From Vicugna vicugna (taxonomy: Eukaryota), in assembly GCA_013265495.1 (NCBI GenBank), contig MU058844.1, forward strand, positions 11,616,184 to 11,680,183: a DNA stretch of 64,000 nt, read 5' to 3'. The notes below the pieces were generated by a model that had not been told where the DNA came from, did no database searches, and was given only the letters and a program-made list of their open reading frames with translations. Below are positions 1-12,318 of this stretch, one piece after another; position 1 is the stretch's first letter; every line of letters starts with the position of its first letter. The translations under genes were made by a program, and so were the position numbers.

Positions 1-200
1 TATATGCAAAATAGATAAACAACAAGGTCCTACTGTATAGCATAGAGAACTATATTCAATATCTTGTAATGGCCTATAATGAAAAAGAATATGAAAAGGA
101 ATGTATATATGTATAACTGAATCACTATGCTGTACACTAGAAATTAATATATTGTAAACCGACTATACTTCAATAAAAAAAAAAAGAAAGTGAAAAAAAA
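1..200 (+). mobile_element. L1 3' end (cetartiodactyl type) with poly(A)
   Basis: aaggtcctactgtatagca...aactatattcaatatcttgtaat...gactatacttcaataaaaa, similar to the copies at 31.8 kb and 50.2 kb. Confidence 0.85.
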
Positions 201-625
201 TGATGTTTCATATCTCCAGCATTCCAACCCTGGAATGTGACTGCTCTTGCTTCTCAGAGTTGGAAGTGAAATGCAGGTGCATAGTTAAAATAAGTATTCC
301 AAACTTTCATAAGAAAGTCAGAATGAAAGCAATTTTATTATTATTATTTTTTGAATAAGTAGGCTTACTGGACTTCCATGTCACCAGAAATGACTCTGGC
401 AAAATAAAGACCCTCACCAAATTAGGATGGTGCTCTGTGGAGAATGCCTGGAATGCTAAGTTTATGTGGACTTCCATGATAAAGCATGTGAAATTTAGAC
501 AGAAAATATTAAACAGTATGAAGAATCTGATTTAATTAAGAAAAGCTACTATAAAGACAACAAAGATTGAATGGAAGCAATAAATGAAAACAATCTGGCA
601 TAACAGCTGCCAGAGACAAGCCTAC

Positions 626-896
626 CAGGGGTCTTGAGTGCACTGGTCCCAGCTTTCTGCCTAGATGGCGTTCCTCCTTGGGCGGACATGCCCCTCCTCC
701 AGGAACCTGTCTGTGAAACAGACAGGGAGGTTTTCTGCCCCGCCTTCTCGGGGTCTTCAGGAAGTCCGGCGGAAACGCTCTTCCACTTGCCACCCCCATC
801 CCCCTGGCTATCAAAGTCCTCCTCGGTTTTTTTCAGTTCCTCTGTACTATCCCAGGGCTCCTCTGCTGCAGATCGTTTTTCTGAATCGGTCTTCAG
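626..896 (-). CDS. NAV3: NAV3 internal coding exon, 271 nt (LKTDSEKRSAAEEPWDS...QTGSWRRGMSAQGGTPSRQKAGTSALKTPG)
   Basis: Manual translation matches NAV3. Acceptor ttcttcgtag|CTG, donor CCTG|gtaggc, phase 0 to 1. The gene continues beyond the window start. Confidence 0.95.
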
Positions 897-1528
897 CTAC
901 GAAGAAAAAAAGGTGACAGAAAAACTTTGTGTAGAAAAATCTATCAAGCACTGGAGTGTACTTTCAGATGACTGGTTAAAAAAAAAAAAGAGGAACAGTG
1001 ATTTATATTTCAAAAGAATTCCAGAGACTCCTCTATTTTTATCTCTGTCTTCATTTAAGTTTCATTAATTTTAGCTGTATAATTCTCACTTGCACATATT
1101 AGAGAAATGTCAGGAGAAATGTGTGCAGAAAACCCCAATTAAGCACTCCAGAGAGGGAGGCATTTTTTATGTCAAATCTAACAAGGAGAAGTAAGACAAG
1201 ATAAAACTTAATTATGTAATATCCATTCTCGATTCATCATTCTCAAGAGGTCCAGCAAGGCATCTCAGAGATCAATATAAAATTAATCAAGTAAAGTCCA
1301 AAATTAGACTATTAAAATCAGTTTTAGATTCCTAAACAAATATATCAATATTATAAACAAACATATGGCAACAGAAGACACTGTGGATTAGATTGTAATC
1401 AACTGAAAAAATGTATAAATAAGCTGCTTCATTTTATGCAGAGGTTGTGCTATATGTCAATGCAATGTACCATAATTTTTGGAAAAATCTGGCAGAAGCA
1501 CTGGAAAGAGGAAGAAGGTGATTCTCAC

Positions 1529-1661
1529 CTGAGTGTTCTTCCGGGAAGGGACTGTGATGTTGGAGTAAGAGCTGACTGAGGAAGTGGTGTTCAAGTCATC
1601 AGTGCTGATGTTATCCAGGGTGTCACTGAGACCACTGCTCACCGAACTGCTGTCATCCCAG
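1529..1661 (-). CDS. NAV3: NAV3 internal coding exon, 133 nt (SWDDSSSVSSGLSDTLDNISTDDLNTTSSVSSYSNITVPSRKNTQ)
   Basis: Peptide matches NAV3. Acceptor ctttag|C, donor CAG|gtgaga, phase 2 to 0. Confidence 0.96.
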
Positions 1662-1772
1662 CTAAAGACAAGACACACAGCAGCGATGAACTAAACACAG
1701 GATGCACAATGCAAGTCACCCATATTTCCACTTAACACGTACCAGGCACTGGGGAGAGAATTCTTGTTTTTT

Positions 1773-2049
1773 TCTTCTTTCATTGAAGTATAATCCAAAA
1801 ATGGGCAGAAGACCTAAACAAGCATGTCTCCAATGAAGACATACAGATGGCCAAAGGCACATGAAAAAAATGCTCAGTGTTGCTAATTATCAGAGAAGCC
1901 AAATCAAAACTACAATGAGGTATCACCTCACACCAGTCAGAATGGTCATCATTCAAAAGTCCATGAATGATAAATCCTGGAGAGGCTGTGGAGAAAAGGG
2001 AACCCTCCTACGCAGCTGGCAGGAATGTAGTTAGGTGCAGACATTATGC
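1773..2049. mobile_element. 5'-inverted L1 insertion: minus-strand 3' tip plus plus-strand ORF2 fragment
   Basis: TSD agaattcttgtttttt at 1757-1772 and 2050-2065. ORF2 C-terminal coding remnant (KWAEDLNKH...[14 protein letters not shown]). Confidence 0.85.
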
Positions 2050-3419
2050 AGAATTCTTGTTTTTTCACTCTTTTGATGAAAAGTATTCACTGTTCCTATT
2101 TGGAAAATCATACTATTAAGAGCTGAGCGCAAATCTGAGAATAACCTTATTGAAAGTTTGCAAAGAATCAGCGTCTAGAGGAGATCCAGGGGGATGTTTA
2201 TAGAATGAATAAAAATATCACTACAAATACTGCCTAGCATCAGGAAAGAATAACATAACCCATAACATTTTTTTTTCTCCTGAGAAAGCAACCAGGAGTC
2301 ACAGAGCATGTAAGAATTCACCCTTTGCACTAAAAATTAAAACAAAACAAAAACAAAAACAAAATGGTGCTTTAGTTAGGAAACAGAAAGCCATTCTTCA
2401 TTCTTTTCTCCTACCTTAGTAACTGCTTCCAATTATTCACCGAATCTTGAAGATTGAGGCTCATTCTATCATATCACCCCTCCTGCCACCCACCCCACAA
2501 TTTCTGGCCTGGACAACATGTAATATCCTCTTACTGGCCTTGCTGCCTGCAGTCTTTCTCAATACAACTGCATCTGCTAAACGTGAGTCGATGATCAAAA
2601 ATTCACATCTGGCCACGCCACTCTTTTGAAGACTACTCTTCAAAGACTGCTCTTTACCAAAGTAGTGGATTCCAAAATGGAATGCACCTGCCCTGTGAGG
2701 TACACAAAGCAATCCACTGGGGGCATAAGAAAACTATGTAAATTTTTTAATATATCTGTTCTTAACCTAAAGGAGAACTAATAAAACAGGTTATATGAAT
2801 ATTCACGCGCAGGCTAACACGGGTACCCCCACCTAGTCCGTGTGTGAGGTAACTCAGAAGTAATAGAATGAGAATGGGTGCTCCACAGAGGGAAGGGGGG
2901 ACCACCAGTCTCTTACTTACTGGCTGGTTCTCAGTCTCTTGTGGTGTATTGCTGCCTTGCCTGCACTGCATTAACTGAATTCATGCACACCGGATATAGA
3001 TATTAGATACAGACAACAATGAAGTCTCATAAAATAGACAAGTGGATTAAGAAAACCTCCTGCAAGTAATCCACACTCCGACGAGACGACCCGTGATGGA
3101 AGCACAAGCTGAGCACAGAGGATGGTGGACTGACAATTTTCTGACTCCGATACATGTCCTCCATGAGTCACATCGTAAATTAAAAATAATAGTGAGGTGC
3201 TGAGATCAGAGAGCAAACCAAGTAGAGAAGTAATTATCAAGAAGAAAATCTGAAATTTGAATTTATAGAAAATGTTGTTAATGATGATCCCTCCCTGGGT
3301 GTGTATCTTGCTTGAGCTATTAGCTACTGAGAGCATAAAGCATGATTACCAAACACATTTATAAATTATATTATCAATAGTGATTACATTTTAAGGAGAG
3401 CAAAAGGATATTTTGTACC

Positions 3420-3883
3420 ACTGCACCAAATATCTGTCATTTGTGATTGTTCCAATCTTTTGAACACTTCCCTACATCTGATTTTAATAATTTTCCACAT
3501 TATGAGTCTTACCTTTCCAAGATAGACTGCAAAAAACTCACATTTCCAGACTCCCTTATAGACAGATACGGCATATAACACAGGGCCTATCGTATGCACC
3601 CAGAGAATCACAAATGAGAAAAACAACCCTCAGGCAAACACAGTAGCAGAGTCATTCAATTTCTTGTCAGCACTGGCAGACAGATATCTGGTCTCTAGTT
3701 CCAAGGGTCACAGAACCCAGTAGAGGAGGCAGTGACACCCTGGAGCCGTGACTGGCTAAGAGCCTTCAAAGAGCCTGGTTCTCCAGTCACCCCAGGTATT
3801 CAGAGAGCCTTCTTATATAATTGCATTCCTTAAATGAGATGAAGTAGATTCTGTAGTTTGCAACTAAGAATCTCTATCAATAC
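3420..3883 (+). mobile_element. Degenerate MaLR (MLT1-type) LTR
   Basis: catttccagactccctt motif and MLT1-like end ttgcaactaagaatctctatcaataca. Confidence 0.5.
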
Positions 3884-4195
3884 ATTCATAATTAAAAAAA
3901 AATTCTTTAATAGATCCTTTAAATTTCATGTTTATATATGTTATATAATACATATATTATCCTCTCACAGGAAGGCATGCATATAATTATAAAATTATAA
4001 ATATACACTCTTGGGCAACCACTAGCCTAAAGCAAAGGTCAGGCTCCTTTAAAAGACATCGGGGCTTTCTATTAGGTGGCCCTCGTCTACCGCTTCACCT
4101 TAAATTCTTTACAGCCCCTGGCTCACATTCTGTACTTTAACTTAGAGCTACATTCAGTTCCCTTCAGTATCACATTGTTTCCAACCTCTGCCTTT

Positions 4196-4661
4196 TGTTA
4201 TTTTTTGGTCTGTCTTTATTCTGAGCAGCAGGTGGGATACTTCCAGCAGCAGTAGTAGTAGTAGTAGTAGTAATAATAATAATAATAATAATAACAATAA
4301 TAACAAGAACAATAATAATAATTTACAAAAGCAGGGATTCAGTGGAGCCGACTGGTTGGAACCCTTGGAAGCTCATACATAAACGCTGACCCAGAGCAGC
4401 AGAAAGAGGACTCCAAAGCCCATGAAGAGTGAGGCCACCGAGATGAGCTCTTTGTATCCCTAGTGTACTTGGTGGAGGAGACCTCATATATGAAGAACCA
4501 GGTGGTGAAGAACATGCCAGTGGCCAACAGCATCACAGTCAAATGGGGAAAGACTGCCGGATTCACTGGGCTGGGGCATCTGCTCATGGCCTCAAGTTCC
4601 ATCTGGCCGGGCACAGGATAATCCACCACTCAGCTACTGGAAGAACACGTCGGCAGGAGCA
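4196..4661 (-). pseudogene. TMEM258: TMEM258 (OST complex subunit) processed pseudogene, full length
   Basis: Intronless. ATG at 4602 ([23 protein letters not shown]...), frameshift after KYTRD, then ...[20 protein letters not shown] ending at 4373. AATAAA at 4220-4215 and a degenerate poly(A). TSD tccaacctctgccttt (4180-4195) / tccaatctctgccctt (4662-4677). Confidence 0.93.
4245..4323. repeat. Compound (AGC)(AGT)n(AAT)n microsatellite
   Basis: Direct reading; lies inside the 3' UTR of the TMEM258 pseudogene. Confidence 0.95.
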
Positions 4662-7600
4662 TCCAATCTCTGCCCTTGATCACGCTATCCTTTGGCCACC
4701 TTAACTAACCCACACTTACGAAGCGGTTCCAGCATCCCATCTTCTGGGGAAGCCCCTTTTACTCGCTGCTGTCAGGAAGCCTTAGGAAGCTCCCCGTCTG
4801 CACGGCCACAATACTCTGCACAGACTTACAGGACTGGATTTAGCACACTGTTTTATAAATCTGTAAAAAAGGTGTCTAAATGGACCATTAGCCTGTGAGT
4901 TTTCTGAGTACAGAACTGTGTGTTATTTTTCTTTGGATTTCTATTATTTATGGTAATGACCAACACATAAATGTTGAACAGAGGTCTCATGTTTTACTGA
5001 GATTCAGAGAAAAGCAATTATGGAAGTATCCTTTCATACTCACATAAAATGAATTTTTAAGGAATGTTTAGCACAATATATTCAGTACTCAAAGAGTAAA
5101 ACTAAACAAAAAGTTAAAATCTCTAATGAGTATTTTTAAAGTAACTATTTCTCTGGCAAGGAGGACAGAATTAATATTTCTAGTTGTAGCTTTTACCAAT
5201 GTAAATCCTAGCAGTAACAACTAAAAGTTAAATGCAACAACTCTCACTGGGAATTAAAAAAAAAATTGCTTATGCTTTAAAAGCATTTAAAGTCTCAAAT
5301 GAACACAAGGACTTTGGTTAAAATGACATAAATGAAAGAATCCAAAATAAGATATAAAGTTTTAATCTCTCAATAGAAAAATAAAAATACAACAAAGCAA
5401 CAAATATAATGTCACAGACATGAAGAGCAGACGTCCAAATACAGCTTGTTGTAATGGAAAGAACAATGGATTCATAAAATTCAAGTCTTTCATTGGAGCC
5501 CCCTTTCGAGACTGCAGAGCTAAACTGTCCACTTAAACTTGCTGTGCTGATTTCCCTGTCTCACAGGGTTGTGTGGGAAGCAATTCCATCCCTTACATGA
5601 ACCATTTTATAATGCTTACAGTTTTCCATCTCCTCTGAGATCTCAAATTCTGCAATCTCGTTTTCGACCACAACCTTCCGTATTTCCAGTGCTCTGAAAT
5701 CTACTGATTCCTAAGCTCGATGTCTGGTTTATAGCTACTCTCTAACATCTATTTTTCAGGGCTTTCTGTGTTGTTTTACTCCACTGAGCTCTTTACAAAT
5801 GATGCAAGAGTCAAAGATGCTGGAACAAAAGGATCACTAGAGTGACAGACAGTCTAACTAGTCCTCTGTTCTAAGTACTTGCCACCCTAATGGTCTTCCA
5901 TATCTGTCCTGACTCTGTGTTAATTAAACATGTTTTCCCCATCATCATTTTGGAAAATGGTGACTAAGTCAACTAATTAGAATGAGTAATTTAATAATAT
6001 ATTTATATTAATATCTAATAATTATAATGACTGAATGCATATAGGTTCAGGTTATTCAACCTCAGGTGATTTCTCATGGCTACTTAGAAATTCTGCTTAA
6101 CACAACAGTGATTTAATTCCTATTCCAAAGATATAGCCTGTTTCTGTCTTCTTCGTCTGGATTCCAAGATCTTCCTCCTAATACCTTAATGAAAATGCTT
6201 CACTAAGGTCAATAAATTCATGAATTGAGTGCTTACTGTATCTTATTACTTTAAATACTTAATATATTATATATAAGCCTCCAACAAATGGATAAGACAG
6301 GCATTATAAAGGTAAAGAGGTAGGTGGAACGATGTGCCCAGGTTTCCATGATGCAGCTACGATTTGAACCCAGGAATGATGCCCTAAAGCTTGGTCAGCA
6401 CTCTGCTTCCTTCCCATTTTCTCACCCCTTTTATCTTGAAATACACTAACGATGAGCTTTTACAGTCTCTTTGTAAAAACTTTGCTGGTCCTCAGAACCC
6501 TTTACTTTTTTTCCTCTTTGAGATTCCTTCAAATTTCTCAATATTCAGAACTTAATCTTAACTTACCTTAGATATTCTTTCTTGGAAATTTCCTTGTCTT
6601 TCACAACTTCAATAACACCTTCATGATTATGACACTCAAATTCGCATTTCTAATCCAGACTTCTTCCCCGATTAACTGATCAGCATTTTGATCCTTCTAT
6701 TGAATATTTTCTCAAGGATGTCCTGTCACCAACTTCTCAAATTCACTGCCTAGATTCCATTATTTCTCTCTAAAATTTCTTCTCCCTTTCAATCACTGAC
6801 ATTACCTGGTTATCCATCTGTCATAAAACATGAGTGCTATTACCGCTCTTCTCTCACTTGGTTCCACTGTTAGCCAAGTTGTCTCTAATCCTGGAAAATT
6901 CATTTCCTTGATGATGAAAATCCTTACCTCCTTCCATAAAAGCTATTAGTAAGAATCTGCTCTTATTCATTAAATGCTGAATAAATTATAGCTCCTCTCC
7001 TTTGAAGGACTATTTACTATGAAGAGCAAAATTTTAAACAAATTATTATAACATGAAATGGTGTTGTAATAGATGAATGATGAATGTTAAAAGATGAATA
7101 GGTGAATGTTAAATGCATGGCAGGACAGAGCTACTACCAATTGTTTGAAGGGTTCAAGAATTTCTTCACAACAGGGAAACTGCAGAGCGATCAGAGGAAG
7201 TAAATGTTAATCACTGTATTAGAGCATATAACAGAGTCATATGTTTAACCATTATTTTGTGTTTTTCTATCTTCTTGGTCAGAATCTGAATTACCTGAAG
7301 TCAGAGACTGAGTTACATTTATCTTTAAGACTCTAGCATATAACATGGTGTCTATTATTTAATAGATGACTGGTAGATATTTGCTAAATGAACGAAGTAG
7401 TTTTACTTTTAAAAATACTGCTTCTTTGCAGTAATGGTAAATGAAATTGGACACAATAATCAATGTAGAATTTGAGAAAAATTTGTTCAACATATTTCTT
7501 TGCTAAGCAATCTTAAAGGAATAATTTTGATTGATGACAATATTAATTCTCCTCATCCTAAGGTTCTGTGATTTTGACTTTCATCTTTGGTTTTGTAGAT

Positions 7601-8009
7601 TCTCTTTAGCTAGGATGAAACTTATCTTGTTTATTATGACACAGTTAATTAGGTTAAAAAAGCTTTATAGAAAACAGTTTTTTTTTAAACTGACAAAAAA
7701 CGTTAATTTACTCACATAATGAGCTCTGAGTAGTATGTCTCAAACTCATCAATATATTTTCTTCATCCTTTCACTTTTAATTTCATTAAGATATGCTAAG
7801 AATTCTTGATTATACATATATTTTTTTATAAAACAACAAGTCTTGATCGCCTCCAAGGTACAGATCTATTACTCTGCTAAATTTTTCTCAACAATCTAGG
7901 ACAGCTAAAAATGTACAAATCTGAGCATCTTATCCACATAACTCACATTTACACATTGGATTGTGTCCAGTTTTGAAATACTATAAATAAAGCTGTTAAG
8001 TATATTCAC

Positions 8010-8190
8010 ATACATTCCATTTATGTGGCATTTTAGAAAAGACAAAACTATAGATATGTAGGATCAATCAGTGACTGCCAGTGGCTGAGAGTGCAGGAAG
8101 ATTTGTGGTGGCTATTACATGACTTGAGGCATATGTCAAAACTCAGAACCGTAGGGGGAAAAAATCATTGTATGTAAAGTTAAAAGGAAA
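8010..8190 (+). mobile_element. Old L1M 3' end fragment
   Basis: attccatttatgtggcattttagaaaagacaaaactatag...cagtgactgccagtggctg. Confidence 0.6.
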
Positions 8191-8662
8191 AACACGTAGC
8201 CAGTGAACCGACTGGAAAGTACAATTTGGATTTACACTAGATTATTAATTATTCTAAGAAGAAAAGGATTGTCTTGCCATGCCTTTTACTATTTACATTT
8301 TAATATTTAATAACTCAGTGTGGCCAGAGATCTATTTTATTTCTCTGGTAGTGCATTTGTGGCTCTGACCCCCATCTTCACACTTGGGGTTACACTTAGA
8401 AGCAGACCTACTTAAAAACAAATGTGTTATATATTCTGAGTATTTTTTTATGCTTTTTATGTTGATGAATTCTGAAATTTTAAGTCAATAATTATTAAAA
8501 TAAGTTTACAGATTTAAAACTAATTCCAGAGGAAAATGCTAGTCCCGTTTGTAGGTAATTTTTCAAGACACTCCTATTTTTTGGCTTAGCCATACTTCAT
8601 ATAGCAGGTATTCAACCAGGCTCTTTGACAGTTTACATTGCCAGGTCAACTGTGCTACTGAT

Positions 8663-8689
8663 GTGTATATATATATATATATATATATA
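8663..8689. repeat. (TA)n microsatellite
   Basis: Direct reading. Confidence 0.9.
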
Positions 8690-9216
8690 AAACAGAGAGA
8701 TTTTCTTTCAATAAATACTAATTCTTACACTTCAGGCATTCAACAGTAATCTCAATCTCAAGTTCATTATATATTCCATGAAAGAAACAAACATGCTCAC
8801 TTTAGGTGTATTCTGTTTCAACCCTACTTCAACCACAATCATGGAAAATGCTGTCTACTCAGGTGATACTATCTGATTTCTATAAAAAAACACCTTCTTA
8901 GTCCTAAACTTTGAACAATATACTATTTAATTATCTTGTTTTATTAAAAGTAAAAATAAGAAATAGCCATATAAATAATGTTCATGTATCTTTCTGAATT
9001 ATTTGATTATATGTTGTACTGTTATTTAGAAAACGTAACTATGGATATTTAATGTTTGTCAGTATCTGAGTGTTCTTAGGCCAGTGCTGCTGAGCACTAG
9101 GGACCAAGTGCCTGACGTCTGTCATTGTATTCAAACAGCATCACATCTTCCCCCAGGGTCCCAGCTGACTTCATTCTTTCATTCAGCATGATCCTTGTAA
9201 TATCCACCCAATTCTT

Positions 9217-9863
9217 TTTTTTCCCCATTGGTTGTCAAATAACCCTTTGTTAAATCATTTTCCTTGTAGTTCTTAACTAGCTGGGCATTCCACCTCATCA
9301 CTCTCGATGTCATCTATGATGTTGTGAAAGTGGTGGCCATCAACATGGCTGTGCACAGACTGGGCAATTCCCAGGATCTCTTTAATGTTTCAAGAGAGTT
9401 CTCTAGCTAAAGATTGCTGCTGAATCTGTTGGGCAAGGTTGACAATCTCATCAAAAAGTGATGTTTCCACTGTGCTTAATGTTTTTCTGCTTCTTTCTGT
9501 CTCTTGTGGTTCCTTGAGGGCTTTGATGATCAGGGCAGAGGCAGAAGGTACCACCTCAATCGGGGTCTGTCTGTTCTGAATTGTCAGTTTCACTGCAATC
9601 CTCAGACCCCTCCAATCACTAATTGCCTTGGTGATGTTATCACCAACCATTTTTGGAGACAGACTCAGAGGGCCAATCCTGGGGGCCAGGGCAGAAGTGG
9701 CACAGACCTCCCCACCAGTGAATGCATCTCAAGTATATGACTTTGATCTTGTTGGGGTTGCATTTAGGCAGCATGGGGGAGGAGGCTGGTGTTGGGTGAA
9801 CCCAGATTTGGGATGACGAAAGCAAGCTGTACCTTGGCCTCCTCCAAGCCAAAAGCCAAAAGC
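9217..9863 (-). pseudogene. RPL12: RPL12 processed pseudogene, full length with 5' UTR
   Basis: ATG at 9774, TAA at 9273. RPL12 peptides ([14 protein letters not shown]...[16 protein letters not shown], ...ECPAS*) are broken by frameshifts and a stop. Poly(A) present. Perfect 14-bp TSD tccacccaattctt at 9203-9216 and 9864-9877, at a TT/AAGA L1 endonuclease site. Confidence 0.95.
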
Positions 9864-11654
9864 TCCACCCAATTCTTAAGGCTGACAGTAACCGCCTAGT
9901 TGGACTCTATCTCACCAACCGTGAAGAGATGATTTTACACTGCTTTAGATTTGTGGATGTCACTCCCACTTATGTCTCTAGAGATGACTCAGAATTTTTG
10001 GACAGGTCTTGAATCAAGTCCTAAATGCTTTCCCACAACACCACCACTCTGAATTCTAAATTAAAGCTCATCTATCCTTGGTTCCAATTGCAAGAACTTT
10101 AAGAAGACAGAGAGTTTAAAAATGTTAAGCAAATTCAACATTTTTAAAATATAATTTCAATGCAAATTCTGGAGTTGAGTTTGCCCTTAGGAAATAATGT
10201 AGATAGTGTAACTAAACTGTGCATTCCAGTACTTGAGACCTATGGACTTTGAACAAACACAGAGGATGATACACTGGATATATTTAGACACTGCTGATTC
10301 TTAGACGAGTGTGGGGATTTCCATTTACTCCACAAGTGTCTATTGTAACATGGGAATTTTTTAAGGTGTAAGTGAAGTAGCAGAAACAGAAAAAAAAATC
10401 TAGAGACTGGAAGGAAAGGAGCTGCAAACTCCTAACATTTCATTGGTAGGTCAGAGGCCAACGTGAAAAATCTGAGAGTCATAGTGAGAAAAATAATCTG
10501 TCCTCTCCCAACCTAAAAATTGGCAAACATATTAATACACGGTAAAGTACAAGTTCTAAGAATTTTGCTAAATATTTCTTAAGGCAAATAATTATTTCAC
10601 AAAAAGAAAAATGAAGCCTCCGTAGCTGTCCATAATACTACGGGTAGAAACTTCCGGATGTGCTGCTTTCTGTTTCTAAGGGAAAAGTAAATAACATTAC
10701 CTAAGAAAATACATGCACCACTTTAAAAAAATCCTATCACATTCCAGTGTAGCTTTGTTTTCCATTTCCATTGTTTATGCCAATTTAAATAATACACATA
10801 ACGAGATAGAGGTATCTTTATAAATATTATTTAGATGTAATCACCTTTGCAATTAATATTTAAAAAAATACTGAGAATCAACTGTCTAGGCTTTGGTACC
10901 AATAATGTTAAGTCAATGATCTTTTCCTCCAAACTAAATGAGCACAAACCACTTAGACCTATGCCATATATATATATATATTTATCATCAAACACAATAC
11001 ACTACCTGCCAAGTTTGAGCACTGTAACCACTGAAGTGTAAATTCTACATTACTTCAGGGTCATTGACAGAAAGCAATGGAGTGTATTTCAACAATGATT
11101 TATTCAGCATTTCCCTGGAAAAATATTTTATTACCGAGGAAAAAAGAACAAGTCATTAAAAGAGGCTTTAGAATCAAAAAAAACTAAGTATATAACAACA
11201 TCAATATACAAAAAATGATTTTAAGTTAAAAACAGTCCTTTCAATCTATAAAATGAATATGGCTTTGACTGTAGTTAAAAAAAAGAACACTTCCCTTCTA
11301 CTTTCAAAGGTGTTTTGTCCTTTCACTGCTCGTTAACTGTGCAACAGTGGAGTTTGAGTAATTGGTTTAGACTCCAGTTGAAAGGTCGTTTCCTCTATGA
11401 ATCCTTCCATGATTTCCGAGGAGGTGTTAACTCCTCCATATCTGCATTTACTGTGAGTGTGCTTCCATAGTCTTGCAGTTTATCTGCTTACAAAGGGGGT
11501 TCAGCCACAGGATTGTGGTTGAGAGCAGAGTGCCTTCTTTCTTGTAATTTCAGTGTTCAGGTCAGCATCTGGCCCATGACAGGTTCTTAAATGTTTGTGG
11601 AATAAATTAATAATGATCTTGCCCTACAGTCACCAACTCCAGCCTTAATCGGTG

Positions 11655-12260
11655 ATTCATTCACTCATTCTAACACATATGCACATAATTATGAATCGTG
11701 GTTAAAAAAATCAATGCGATTATATGAGGGGAAAGACCAGTGAGGAGGACCTACTACGTCTGAGAATGGCCTCTTTGAGGAGGATAGAGATGTGCTGGGG
11801 TAAATCAATAAATGATCTACTCTTACACAGTCACAAATGACTTAACAGTCATTAAGTAGACAACGAAGGGTAAAGGAAAGCCATCTGTGAAACGGGTGGA
11901 GAAGACAGGAATGCAAGAAGGGAAGACAGCTAGTGTGAAGACCTAGGAGGAACAAAGGTCAAGGGGCAGTGGGATGAGCGCAGCAGCAGGCCGGGAAAAG
12001 TGTCAGTTCTGAGACTGGGAGGGTGGGAGGGGCCAGCCCTTGAAGGATCGTCTAGACAATGTTAAGAAATTAGAGCTCCTGAAAAGTACAATATAAATGC
12101 ATCACATCGTTTTAAGCAGTCACATGCCACGAGCAGATACAGGTTTAAAAAAGTACTATTTTAGTGTTATGACTATTTCAGAGGCAAGAGAGAGTAGATG
12201 TGGGAAGCTCAGGGAAGAGGCTATTGCAACATCCTTCAGTGTCTGAGGAGGGGCTTACAA
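11655..12260 (-). mobile_element. L2 3' fragment, interrupted
   Basis: cattcactcatt terminus, ggcctctttgaggag, ttttaagcag and gaggctattgcaa motifs typical of L2. Confidence 0.6.
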
Positions 12261-12318
12261 GTACATTAAAAGAAGGCAGTTTCAAGATATAGATGGATGT
12301 AGAAATGACAGGATTTGC

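Noticed and set aside
536..1068. ORFs 634-1068(+), 665-916(+) and 536-814(-)
   Set aside because: Antisense or alternative-frame shadows of the NAV3 exon 626-896.
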